DNA of 64,000 bases, taken from assembly GCA_045599585.1 (NCBI GenBank), contig JAZRWH010000088.1, positions 11,082 through 75,081 on the forward strand. Direction: 5' to 3'. The notes under the pieces are model-generated. The model did no database searches. It was given only the letters and a program-made list of their open reading frames with translations, and was not told where the DNA came from. This document shows, in pieces, positions 50,896-59,319 of the stretch (positions are counted from its first letter, which is position 1; the number at the start of each line of letters is the position of its first letter). Source of the DNA: Myxococcota bacterium. GTDB taxonomy: Bacteria > Myxococcota_A > Bradymonadia > UBA4248. Made by a program: the position numbers and the translations under genes.

Positions 50896-51602
50896 TGAAA
50901 CGCTTTGTTACGCGCGAAACGGATTTGTCTGGTTGGGAAGAAGGTGGGTTGTACGCGCTTCCCAACGATGTTTCTCATCATGCCTGTACTGTGATGCGGC
51001 TTGGTCCAGGCGATGAACTTGAACTTGTTGATGCGGCTCAAAATCTCATCGCAGCGCGGATCCAAAAAAACGGCGACGTTTTATGCTGCACGCATACGAC
51101 TTGTGCAGTTCATTCCAAACGCTTCAAGATTACGTTGGGCGTTGCGCTTTTTAAGTGGCCCCGATTCGAATGGATGCTCGAAAAAGTTACGGAATTGGGG
51201 GTATCGCGTATCATTCCACTCGATTGCGAACGAAGTGTCATTAAGGTTTCCGATTGGGACAAAAAATCAGATCGACTCGAAAAGATCATGGTCGAAGCTT
51301 CGCGTCAATCGTTGAATCCTTGTCCTCCGATTCTAGAAAAACCGCAGAAACTTACGACGTTTCTTAACGGCATTTCACATACGAATCTCTTCTTTGCGCA
51401 TTTGGGTGATTATCCATCGCTGGCTGAATTGCGTCCATCGTTGGAAGGCGATCTTAGTTTTGTCATTGGTCCCGAAGGTGGTTTTTCGCCGAACGAAGTT
51501 GAGCTTTTGACTCAGAATGCCACGCCGATCTCGCTCGGGCCTACGGTGCTGCGAGCGGAAACCGCTGCTATTGCTTGTGCTTGCACACTTTCACTATTTT
51601 AA
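50895..51602 (+). CDS. rsmE: 16S rRNA m3U1498 methyltransferase
   Basis: HHACTVMRL, EKVTELGV, EASRQS, IGPEGGFS, LGPTVLRAETA. Confidence 0.93.
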   Translation: MKRFVTRETDLSGWEEGGLYALPNDVSHHACTVMRLGPGDELELVDAAQNLIAARIQKNGDVLCCTHTTCAVHSKRFKITLGVALFKWPRFEWMLEKVTELGVSRIIPLDCERSVIKVSDWDKKSDRLEKIMVEASRQSLNPCPPILEKPQKLTTFLNGISHTNLFFAHLGDYPSLAELRPSLEGDLSFVIGPEGGFSPNEVELLTQNATPISLGPTVLRAETAAIACACTLSLF

Positions 51603-51740
51603 TACTTACCTTTAACCACATCATGCTCTTTTTTCTTGAATGACGTGAAAAAGTACGCTTTAAAGTGATGAGCGTTTATGGCACGCTGATTGCGATTAGA
51701 AATCAGACATGCCGTATTTCCGGCGAAAAAGGAGGCAACC

Positions 51741-51950
51741 ATGATCATTCCTGACTATCTGATTATTGATGAGATCAAGCGTCGAGAAGAAAAAAAGTGG
51801 CAGCCTGAAACCCATCAGATTCCGCTGTATATTCCAACGCCGCCAGACCCTAGGGAGCCTAACCGCCCCACAACCAACCAGAAACCCGGCATCAAGAAAG
51901 AAAATGGAGCGATCGTCATCAATCTCTTGACCAATTCGCTTCACATATAA
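51741..51950 (+). CDS. Small Pro-rich hypothetical protein
   Basis: AAGGAGG RBS, ATG at 51741 (MIIPDYLIIDEIKRREE...), followed by its own terminator. Confidence 0.75.
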   Translation: MIIPDYLIIDEIKRREEKKWQPETHQIPLYIPTPPDPREPNRPTTNQKPGIKKENGAIVINLLTNSLHI

Positions 51951-51963
51951 TCTGACCATATCT

Positions 51964-51990
51964 GGCGATCCTTAGGGGTCGCCTTTTTTT
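51964..51990 (+). terminator. Intrinsic terminator
   Basis: GGCGATCC...GGGTCGCC followed by T7. Confidence 0.8.
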
Positions 51991-52066
51991 GTATTTTCAA
52001 GCTTTCGCAAAACAGGTTTTGCGGTGGTTTGATTTGCGAAGTGCCTTTAAACAGGCAAGAGCACGT

Positions 52067-53260
52067 ATGAGCACAGCACCTAAAAGTCTTCGTCTTCACA
52101 TTGGCATTTTTGGCCGTCGAAATGTCGGCAAATCTAGTTTACTCAATGGCATTACGCACCAGACTGTTTCGATTGTTTCGTCACAGGCCGGTTCGACAAC
52201 AGACCCTGTTGAAAAACCTATGGAACTTTTGCCGCTGGGCCCCGTTTTGTTTATCGATACGGCTGGTCTGGATGATTGTGGCGTTTTGGGCGAGCTTCGC
52301 GTTGAAAGAACACGTAAGATTTACGATCGATGTGATTTTGCACTTGTTGTCAGTGATGGCGCATGGGATGTTGACGAAAAGACGATCGCCGAAGAACTCG
52401 ATTCTCGCAAAGTGCCATGGATTGCTGTTTTGACAAAATCGGATGAGGTTGATCACACTCAGCTTGAGGCCGATCTTAAGGCTCAGGGCAAAAATGTCGT
52501 TGTCCTCACGACGAGCGACGACGAGGGCATTGAGACGCTTTCGCAGGCGATCATTAAATATGCGCCCGAAAGCTTTTTAGAAAGTACGCGTATTGTAGGT
52601 GATATTTTGCCCGAAAAGGCGCACGTCGTATTGGTCGTTCCCATCGACAAAGAAGCGCCTAAAGGTCGTTTGATCATGCCGCAAGTCCAGACGATTCGCG
52701 ATATTCTCGATGCACATTGCGTCTGTACGGTTTGCCAGGAGCCGCAGTTGGCTGAGGTCTTGGCATCCTTTAAAAAAGCGCCGGATCTTGTTGTAACGGA
52801 TTCACAGGCTTTTAAGACTGTTTCGGCGATCGTTCCCGAAAACATTCCACTTACGGGCTTTTCTGTGTTGTTTGCGCGGTTTAAGGGAGATTTGGCGAGC
52901 TTTGTAGCGGGGGCTAAAAAAATAGGAGCGCTGAAAGCAGGGGATCGCGTGTTGATTGCTGAGGCTTGTACGCATCATCCTGTAAAAGACGATATTGGTC
53001 GCGATAAATTGCCACGTTGGCTTAAAGCGAAAGCAGGAGAGCTGATCGTCGACGTCGTGAGTGGTCAAGCGTTTCCGGAAGATTTGACGCAGTACGCGTT
53101 GATCATTCATTGTGGTGGCTGCATGTGGACGCGTAGGCAAATGTTGGCGCGCCAACAGAGAGCGGCAAGTCAAAATGTTCCGATGACGAACTACGGAATT
53201 GCGATTGCGGAGCTTAATGGCATTTTAGAGCGAGCGCTAAAACCTTTTGGGCTTTCGTAA
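52067..53260 (+). CDS. hydF: [FeFe]-hydrogenase H-cluster maturation GTPase
   Basis: RLHIGIFGRRNVGKSS, TTDPVEKPMELLPLGP, DTAG, APKGRLIMPQ, TDSQAF, and the Fe-S motif EACTHH...HCGGC. Confidence 0.96.
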   Translation: MSTAPKSLRLHIGIFGRRNVGKSSLLNGITHQTVSIVSSQAGSTTDPVEKPMELLPLGPVLFIDTAGLDDCGVLGELRVERTRKIYDRCDFALVVSDGAWDVDEKTIAEELDSRKVPWIAVLTKSDEVDHTQLEADLKAQGKNVVVLTTSDDEGIETLSQAIIKYAPESFLESTRIVGDILPEKAHVVLVVPIDKEAPKGRLIMPQVQTIRDILDAHCVCTVCQEPQLAEVLASFKKAPDLVVTDSQAFKTVSAIVPENIPLTGFSVLFARFKGDLASFVAGAKKIGALKAGDRVLIAEACTHHPVKDDIGRDKLPRWLKAKAGELIVDVVSGQAFPEDLTQYALIIHCGGCMWTRRQMLARQQRAASQNVPMTNYGIAIAELNGILERALKPFGLS

Positions 53261-53301
53261 AGTGTATCGAAGCTTGGATGGATGTTGTCGGCCAAGAGCC
53301 A

Positions 53302-53467
53302 GAGGGGGTAGCGGCGTATCAGCGAAGTCAATGAATGCAGATTCGAGGAAACGAGCGTAAGGCGGAGGGAGCGGCCTGGTGGCCGTGACGGAACGCTGAG
53401 ACGCGAAGCTGACGAAGAAGATGCGACGTTGGCTTCGCTGATAGACGCTCAGGGGGACACTTCCCCC
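53302..53467 (+). repeat. REP-like element copy 10 (121-nt insert)
   Basis: GAGGGGGTAGCGGCGTATCAGCGAAGTCA ... TGGCTTCGCTGATAGACGCTCAGGGGGACACTTCCCCC. Confidence 0.93.
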
Positions 53468-53648
53468 AATACTTCCCCTCAATTTTTTCGAAGTTATCAT
53501 TAATATTTTGGACGCAAAGTGCGAACCAAACGTCCAAATGGCGTAGTTCCATAGAATTGTTGATATAAAATATTCAAGATATTGTCATGTATGTCGTATA
53601 TTATTCGTTAACGGCATGGACAAAGCGTAAAATACGATCGGTTGTGGT

Positions 53649-55019
53649 ATGATTCAAATCATTCTCGTCATTCTGCTTTTACTCATGAATGCATTTTTTG
53701 TTGCAGCGGAATTTTCGCTAGTTCGGGTGCGTGTGTCGCAGCTTGAGGGACTACAAAACGACGGAAATGGTTCAGCGACGCAGGTATTGAAGATTTTAGA
53801 AAAGATCGACTCATACCTTTCGGCGGTTCAGTTAGGCGTTACGATCGCCAGTCTTGGTTTGGGTTGGCTCGTTGAACCGGCGATCAACGAGTATTTGAAG
53901 ATGTTTTTTGACTGGATTTCGATGCCGATTCCCGAAGCGGTTTCGCACGGAATCAGTGCTGTGATTGCGTTTACGCTTGCGTCATTTTTGCACATCGTCA
54001 TTGGCGAGATTACGCCGAAGAGCATCGCGATTGCCAAACCTCTTGAAGTTGCGATGTTTGTAGCGCGTCCGATGCGCATTTTTCACACGGTATTCAATCC
54101 CGTGATGGCTTTGTTGGTGTGGACGAGTAACGCGTTGCTTAAGCTTTTGCATGTGACGCCCGTCAGTGGGGATCATTCGGCTGGTGTATCGGCCGAGGAA
54201 TTGCGCATCATAGCCCAACATTCTTCAACCGACGGCATGATTACGAAGGAAACGGGAACCCTTTTGGACAACGTGTTTAGTTTTTCGGCACTCAATGCAA
54301 AGGAAATTATGATTCCACGCGGGAATGTGATTGCCATGCCTGCCGATCGTCCCCTAGAAGCATTTTTGGTAGAAGCGCTTAAGACGGGGCATTCGCGTTA
54401 TCCTGTTTACGGCAGCAATTTGGATGATATTCGCGGGGTTGTTCATATTAAGGATGTCATCGCTGCGTTGCACAACGTCGATCCGCACTATATTACGAGT
54501 GGGGAGCATCATGCGGTTTCGTCAAAGAGCAATATCACGCTCGAATCGCTTGCGCGTAAGGTCATTATTATTCCCGAAACAGCGACGATTGCGAATGTCT
54601 TAGAAACGCTGCAGCAGAAGCGTTCACGTATGGCGGTTGTCGTTGATGAATATGGTGGGACGTCGGGTATTTTGACGATTGAGGATGCGATTGAGCGACT
54701 CGTTGGCAATATTGAAGATGAGTTTGATCCCGAGCCGCAAAAGAACATTGTCAAGACAGAGGAAGGTTGGAGTGTTGCTGGTGTGACGCTTCTCAGTGAA
54801 TTCTGCGAAGAACTTGATATTGAAGAGATTGAATGTGAAAGCGACACGGTCGCTGGATTTTTTATGGAAAAACTCGGAAACGTCGCGCAGTTAGGCGATT
54901 GTATTGAGTTTAATGGTTATCGATTCCGCGTTGATAAGATGGATAAGTTGCGCATTGACAAAGTTTTGGTGAATGCGCTCGTCCCCGAATCATCGCCAGT
55001 TCAGGAAACCAAGAGCTGA
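53649..55019 (+). CDS. Hemolysin family (CNNM/DUF21-CBS-CorC) membrane protein
   Basis: NAFFVAAEFSLV, QLGVTIASLGLGW, HIVIGEITPK, HSRYPV, VVDEYGGTSGILTIED. Confidence 0.94.
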   Translation: MIQIILVILLLLMNAFFVAAEFSLVRVRVSQLEGLQNDGNGSATQVLKILEKIDSYLSAVQLGVTIASLGLGWLVEPAINEYLKMFFDWISMPIPEAVSHGISAVIAFTLASFLHIVIGEITPKSIAIAKPLEVAMFVARPMRIFHTVFNPVMALLVWTSNALLKLLHVTPVSGDHSAGVSAEELRIIAQHSSTDGMITKETGTLLDNVFSFSALNAKEIMIPRGNVIAMPADRPLEAFLVEALKTGHSRYPVYGSNLDDIRGVVHIKDVIAALHNVDPHYITSGEHHAVSSKSNITLESLARKVIIIPETATIANVLETLQQKRSRMAVVVDEYGGTSGILTIEDAIERLVGNIEDEFDPEPQKNIVKTEEGWSVAGVTLLSEFCEELDIEEIECESDTVAGFFMEKLGNVAQLGDCIEFNGYRFRVDKMDKLRIDKVLVNALVPESSPVQETKS

Positions 55020-55075
55020 ATCGTGCGCGATGAACGCAGCATGTGTGCGAAGGTTTCGGTTAGTAAAGGAAAATA

Positions 55076-56758
55076 ATGACAACATCTCTAAGCGCGTCAG
55101 AACAGACAAACGCGCAGCCCTGTGTAAAAGTATTATCGATTGGTGGGACGGGCGTATTTGGCATGAACTGCCTGCTCATGACCACGCCAGAACGCCGTAT
55201 TTTGATCGATTGTGGCGTATTGTTTCCCGCAGATGAAGACCTTGGCGTCGACCTGATTACGCCAGATTTTTCGGTACTCGAAAACGATCCGCCTGATGCG
55301 CTTCTCGTCACACATGCCCACGAAGACCACGTGGGTGCGATCCCTTATCTTCTGATGGCACTCAAAAAAGGCGGAATGAAGCGTAAACTCGCGATTTATG
55401 CTTCAGACATCACAACAGCATTTATTCGTCGTCGTCTGATTGAGCATGATCTTGAGTTAAGCGTTGATTTTCATGTTGTTTCGCCCAAACACACCGAGCA
55501 ACTCGGAGATATAAGCGTCGAATTTATCGATGTTTGCCACTCCATTCCGGGATCATTGGCATTTGCCTTTGACACGCCATGCGGCAAGATCGTTCATTCT
55601 GGTGACTGGCGTATTGACAATACGCCTATGGCTGGTGCCAAGACCAACCTCGCGCGCTTTGAATCTCTCGGTGATGGCGGTGTTCGACTCTTTTTGAGCG
55701 ATTCGACGAACGTCGAGGTCGATAATCATAACATTACGAGTGAGCTCGATGTTTTTAACGACCTACAAAAATGTATCAAAGATGCCGAAGGACGTGTTTT
55801 TGTAACGCTTTTTGCGTCGAATATTGGACGTCTTCAATCGCTGATTTTTGCAGCAGCCAATGTCGGTCGAAAACTTGCGGTCTGCGGGCGATCCATGACG
55901 GCAAACATGAACCTCGCTCGCGAACTAGGTTATCTGACGATTCCAGTTAACCTTGAGATTGTTCCTGAAGAAAAGATTCAAGATGCGGGAGATAATATTG
56001 TTATTGTCGTTTCGGGGTCTCAGGGCGAAAAAGCTGCATCGCTCTACAAGATTTCGCAAGGCGTTCATCCCAAGATCAAGCTTAAGCAGGGCGACATGTT
56101 GATCTATTCAGCGCGTCAAATTCCCGGCAACGAACGACGCGTCGGTTCGATTATCAACGGGTTTTATTGTCAGGGCGCTTCGATTGTCGATGCCCCAGAG
56201 CTCCATTTGCACAGTTCTGGTCACGGCAATCAGCGCGAACTTGAGCTTCTTATCGAACTTATTGCGCCCGAGATTTTCGTTCCGATTCACGGCGATTTCC
56301 GTCGCCTTGCACTTCACGAAAAACTTGCACAGCGCATCGAAACGAAGACGACGACAGAGATTCTTCAGGAAGGTCAATGCCTGTGCCTTTATCCCGATCG
56401 CCACGAAATTCACGACGGCTTTGAGCCGCTTCGACGTTATGTTGTCGGTAAATGTCCCGATGGCATCAATGCAGACATCGTCAAAGAAAAGAAAAATATT
56501 GCCCACCAAGGCATTGTCATTATCAATGGTGTGCTTGATCAACGCGATATGCTCGTGGGTGAGCTTTCGGTGCATGTCATTGGTGTTTGCGTCAACGATG
56601 GCTGGCAGGATGAGCTTCTGCCCGAAATCCTGCGCACGATCACGAGCAGTGCGAATCATGGCGATATGACGGAAATCGTGCGTCATAAAGCCGCGAAATA
56701 CATAAAATCTGTCCTTGGTCGAATGCCAACGATCGTCGTCGATTTCCATCGCATTTAA
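55076..56758 (+). CDS. rnj: Ribonuclease J
   Basis: IDCGVLFP, THAHEDHVGAIPY, HSIP, HSGDW, SDSTN, SGSQGE, IPGNE, HSSGH, VPIHG. Confidence 0.93.
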   Translation: MTTSLSASEQTNAQPCVKVLSIGGTGVFGMNCLLMTTPERRILIDCGVLFPADEDLGVDLITPDFSVLENDPPDALLVTHAHEDHVGAIPYLLMALKKGGMKRKLAIYASDITTAFIRRRLIEHDLELSVDFHVVSPKHTEQLGDISVEFIDVCHSIPGSLAFAFDTPCGKIVHSGDWRIDNTPMAGAKTNLARFESLGDGGVRLFLSDSTNVEVDNHNITSELDVFNDLQKCIKDAEGRVFVTLFASNIGRLQSLIFAAANVGRKLAVCGRSMTANMNLARELGYLTIPVNLEIVPEEKIQDAGDNIVIVVSGSQGEKAASLYKISQGVHPKIKLKQGDMLIYSARQIPGNERRVGSIINGFYCQGASIVDAPELHLHSSGHGNQRELELLIELIAPEIFVPIHGDFRRLALHEKLAQRIETKTTTEILQEGQCLCLYPDRHEIHDGFEPLRRYVVGKCPDGINADIVKEKKNIAHQGIVIINGVLDQRDMLVGELSVHVIGVCVNDGWQDELLPEILRTITSSANHGDMTEIVRHKAAKYIKSVLGRMPTIVVDFHRI

Positions 56759-56767
56759 TTTTGAGGT

Positions 56768-56823
56768 GGGGGAAGTTTCCCCCTGAGCGGCTATTTCCTG
56801 CGGAAATACGCCGCTACCCCCTC
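56768..56823 (-). repeat. REP-like element copy 11 (minimal form)
   Basis: GGGGGAAGTTTCCCCCTGAGCGGCTATTTCCTGCGGAAATACGCCGCTACCCCCTC. Confidence 0.95.
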
Positions 56824-57104
56824 TGTGCCGTGGGCAATAAGAAAGCTGATTTTATGAATTTTTTTGTTCAGCTTTGAAGAATATTTAAGAGCGATCTTGA
56901 ATAACGCGATAGAATCAAGTTTGCAGCTCAGAAATTGAATAAGGCACAATGGAATAGGGATTAAGCCTTAGATGTTAATAGCGTTGTGTGGGTTGCTTGC
57001 CTACATTTGTTCATAGCAATCACCCCCATCGTGTGTTACAATGTAGGTGCAGGGCAGGCACTTGGTTCATCTGCTGTTTTTAGTCGTAGTTTTTTAGGGT
57101 TATC

Positions 57105-58916
57105 ATGCTTCAGCTTGAAGTCATATCAGGAAAGAGTATCGGCAAACGCGCGACGTTTAGCAGTCGTGTTGTTCGTATTGGCACGGCAGCCGAGAATGAT
57201 TTTCAGCTTGATGACGAGCTGGCTAGCCGTAACCATGGCATTTTTGTTGTAAGGCCTGGTCACAACTCGTACGTCTATCGAGATTTGTTGAGCACCCATG
57301 GATCGCGTGTTCATACGAACGCAACGGATGTCGTACTGTTGGATCACCAGGTACCGCAATCTGTTTTGCTTTCGCATGAAGTAATCATTCACGTTGGTCG
57401 AAGTACGATCAAATGTCTTTGTCGAGCGGACGAACCGGAAGACAGCTGCGACAAGGTTTCGCTGATTGAAGAAGTTTCATGTAAAGGCAACACGGGGATC
57501 AGTGCATCCAAAGAAGTCGAGCAGCTTTTAGGCAGTCTTCGAGAGGTAGCGTACAAAACGTCGCTTCGCGACACGTTTAAGAGCATGATTGATTCAGCTT
57601 TTGCGTATGCGCCCGATATAGATCACGGAACGATTTGGCAGTGCGACCGAGATCGCTGTATTTTTTCGTGTGCGTTTGAGCGTATGCGTCGACAGCAACA
57701 GGGAACGGCATCGGTTGGTTTAACGCAGTTCAAAAAGGCACTTGAGAAAGACGAATCCACCTTACTTCTTGTCAATCGAATGAGCGGGGAGAAGATTGTT
57801 CCGTCGAACGTGTTGATCATTCCAGTATGCGAAGAGTTTTTCAGTGAGACGATTGTTGTTTTTGAGTCACTGAAGCCGATAACGCACGGAATGATTGGTT
57901 GGCTAATAGAGCTTGTCAAAAACGCATCGATCTCAGCGGCGCGGACGTATCAGAATGCGGATTTATACGATGTTTTAGACGGGTTTATCCGTTCGACGAT
58001 CTCAGCGTTTGATACGCGCGACCCTGCTTCTGCGGGGCATTCGACTCGTGTTTCGAATTACGTGTTAATGACGGCGCATGTGATTGATTCGCAGACGACG
58101 GGTCCGTTTGCTTCGACGTCTTTTTCGCGGGATGAGTTTGATGAGCTGCGTTATGCGGCGCTTTTGCATGACATTGGCAAGATTTCTGTACGCGAAGAGA
58201 TCGTATTGAAATCGGGTCGATTATTTCCACGCGATTACACGTCCTTGCTTGAGCGCATTGATTTATTTTCGGCGTGGTTTGAGACGCAGACGCCCGAGAA
58301 GTTGGGTGCAGCGTGGCGTTCTCAGGAGACCTTTGCGCATTATCGAGAGTTAGTGGGTCGACTTCAGCACGCAGATGCACCGATTATGGATGCAGATCGA
58401 GCGTACATGGAAGAAATGCGTAAGACGTTCATCACGACGCGTCCGACCCTTCCGTTGTTGTCAGCGAATGAGCACAAGAATCTTTTAATTCCGTACGGAA
58501 CGCTGAATGCAGATGAGCGCCGAGATATTCAGCAGCATGCATTAATATCGTGGCGCTATTTATCGCGAATTTTGTGGCCGCGCCGTTGGTCTCGCGTACC
58601 ATCGTTTGTTCTTCAGCATCATGAGAAGCTCAATGGTACGGGATATCCGTACGGAATAAGCGGCGAAGCCATATTTTTACAGAGTCGAATTCTCACCGTA
58701 TGCGATATTTTTGATGCGCTGACGGGGGGAGACAGGCCCTATAAGCAGCGACATTCTTTTTCGGAAGCGGCAGAAATTCTGATTCGGGATGCCGATCGCG
58801 GAGCACTTGATAAGGACGTTACAAATCTCTTTATCGAGCAAGTTTTGCCTCAGATTTGTGATCTTGATTCGAGTTATGCGGAGCTTTCGAGTGCCGGCAT
58901 TCCGTCGATGGCTTAA
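57105..58916 (+). CDS. FHA - GAF-like - HD-GYP cyclic dinucleotide phosphodiesterase
   Basis: FHA motifs (RIGT...ASRNH...DLLSTHGS); GHSTRV, LLHDIGK, HHEKLNGTGYP, DIFDALT..RPYK. Confidence 0.9.
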   Translation: MLQLEVISGKSIGKRATFSSRVVRIGTAAENDFQLDDELASRNHGIFVVRPGHNSYVYRDLLSTHGSRVHTNATDVVLLDHQVPQSVLLSHEVIIHVGRSTIKCLCRADEPEDSCDKVSLIEEVSCKGNTGISASKEVEQLLGSLREVAYKTSLRDTFKSMIDSAFAYAPDIDHGTIWQCDRDRCIFSCAFERMRRQQQGTASVGLTQFKKALEKDESTLLLVNRMSGEKIVPSNVLIIPVCEEFFSETIVVFESLKPITHGMIGWLIELVKNASISAARTYQNADLYDVLDGFIRSTISAFDTRDPASAGHSTRVSNYVLMTAHVIDSQTTGPFASTSFSRDEFDELRYAALLHDIGKISVREEIVLKSGRLFPRDYTSLLERIDLFSAWFETQTPEKLGAAWRSQETFAHYRELVGRLQHADAPIMDADRAYMEEMRKTFITTRPTLPLLSANEHKNLLIPYGTLNADERRDIQQHALISWRYLSRILWPRRWSRVPSFVLQHHEKLNGTGYPYGISGEAIFLQSRILTVCDIFDALTGGDRPYKQRHSFSEAAEILIRDADRGALDKDVTNLFIEQVLPQICDLDSSYAELSSAGIPSMA

Positions 58917-58932
58917 GGAATGAAGTATAAGC

Positions 58933-59093
58933 GCCGCAGGCGAAGAGGGGGTAGCGGCGTATTCGCGAAGCCATGGGCAATCGAATGGCGTAAGCGCGTA
59001 CGAAGGGGAAGGAACGGCTAAAGGCTGAGCTTGAATGCTAATGCGCGAGATGTCTTGGCTTCGCGGATAGACGGTCAGGGGGAGACTTCCCCC
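58933..59093 (+). repeat. REP-like element copy 12 (104-nt insert)
   Basis: GCCGCAGG..GAGGGGGTAGCGGCGTATTCGCGAAGCCA ... TGGCTTCGCGGATAGACGGTCAGGGGGAGACTTCCCCC. Confidence 0.9.
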
Positions 59094-59319
59094 TCACAAA
59101 ACCACCCTAAAAAGGTTTGTTAAAGCAAGGTAGTACGCCAATTTGCGCAATTTTGTTCAAACGAGAGCGGGCTGCTTTTAAATGTTCAGTAATCACAAAA
59201 AAGTGCATTCGTAGTAAAAGGTATGGTGTTTGTTCGAGGCGTTAAAAAAGCTCGGACACATCGTTCAACTAAGCTTAGCGTTCCGGTGTTTGCGCAATTG
59301 CACGCCGGTTTTTATTTGT

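Noticed and set aside
2441-59093. CRISPR or integron-cassette interpretation of the constant-end, variable-middle repeats
   Set aside because: Copies are dispersed singly in both orientations between housekeeping genes. There is no tandem array, no cas or intI gene, and no GTTRRRY/RYYYAAC core.
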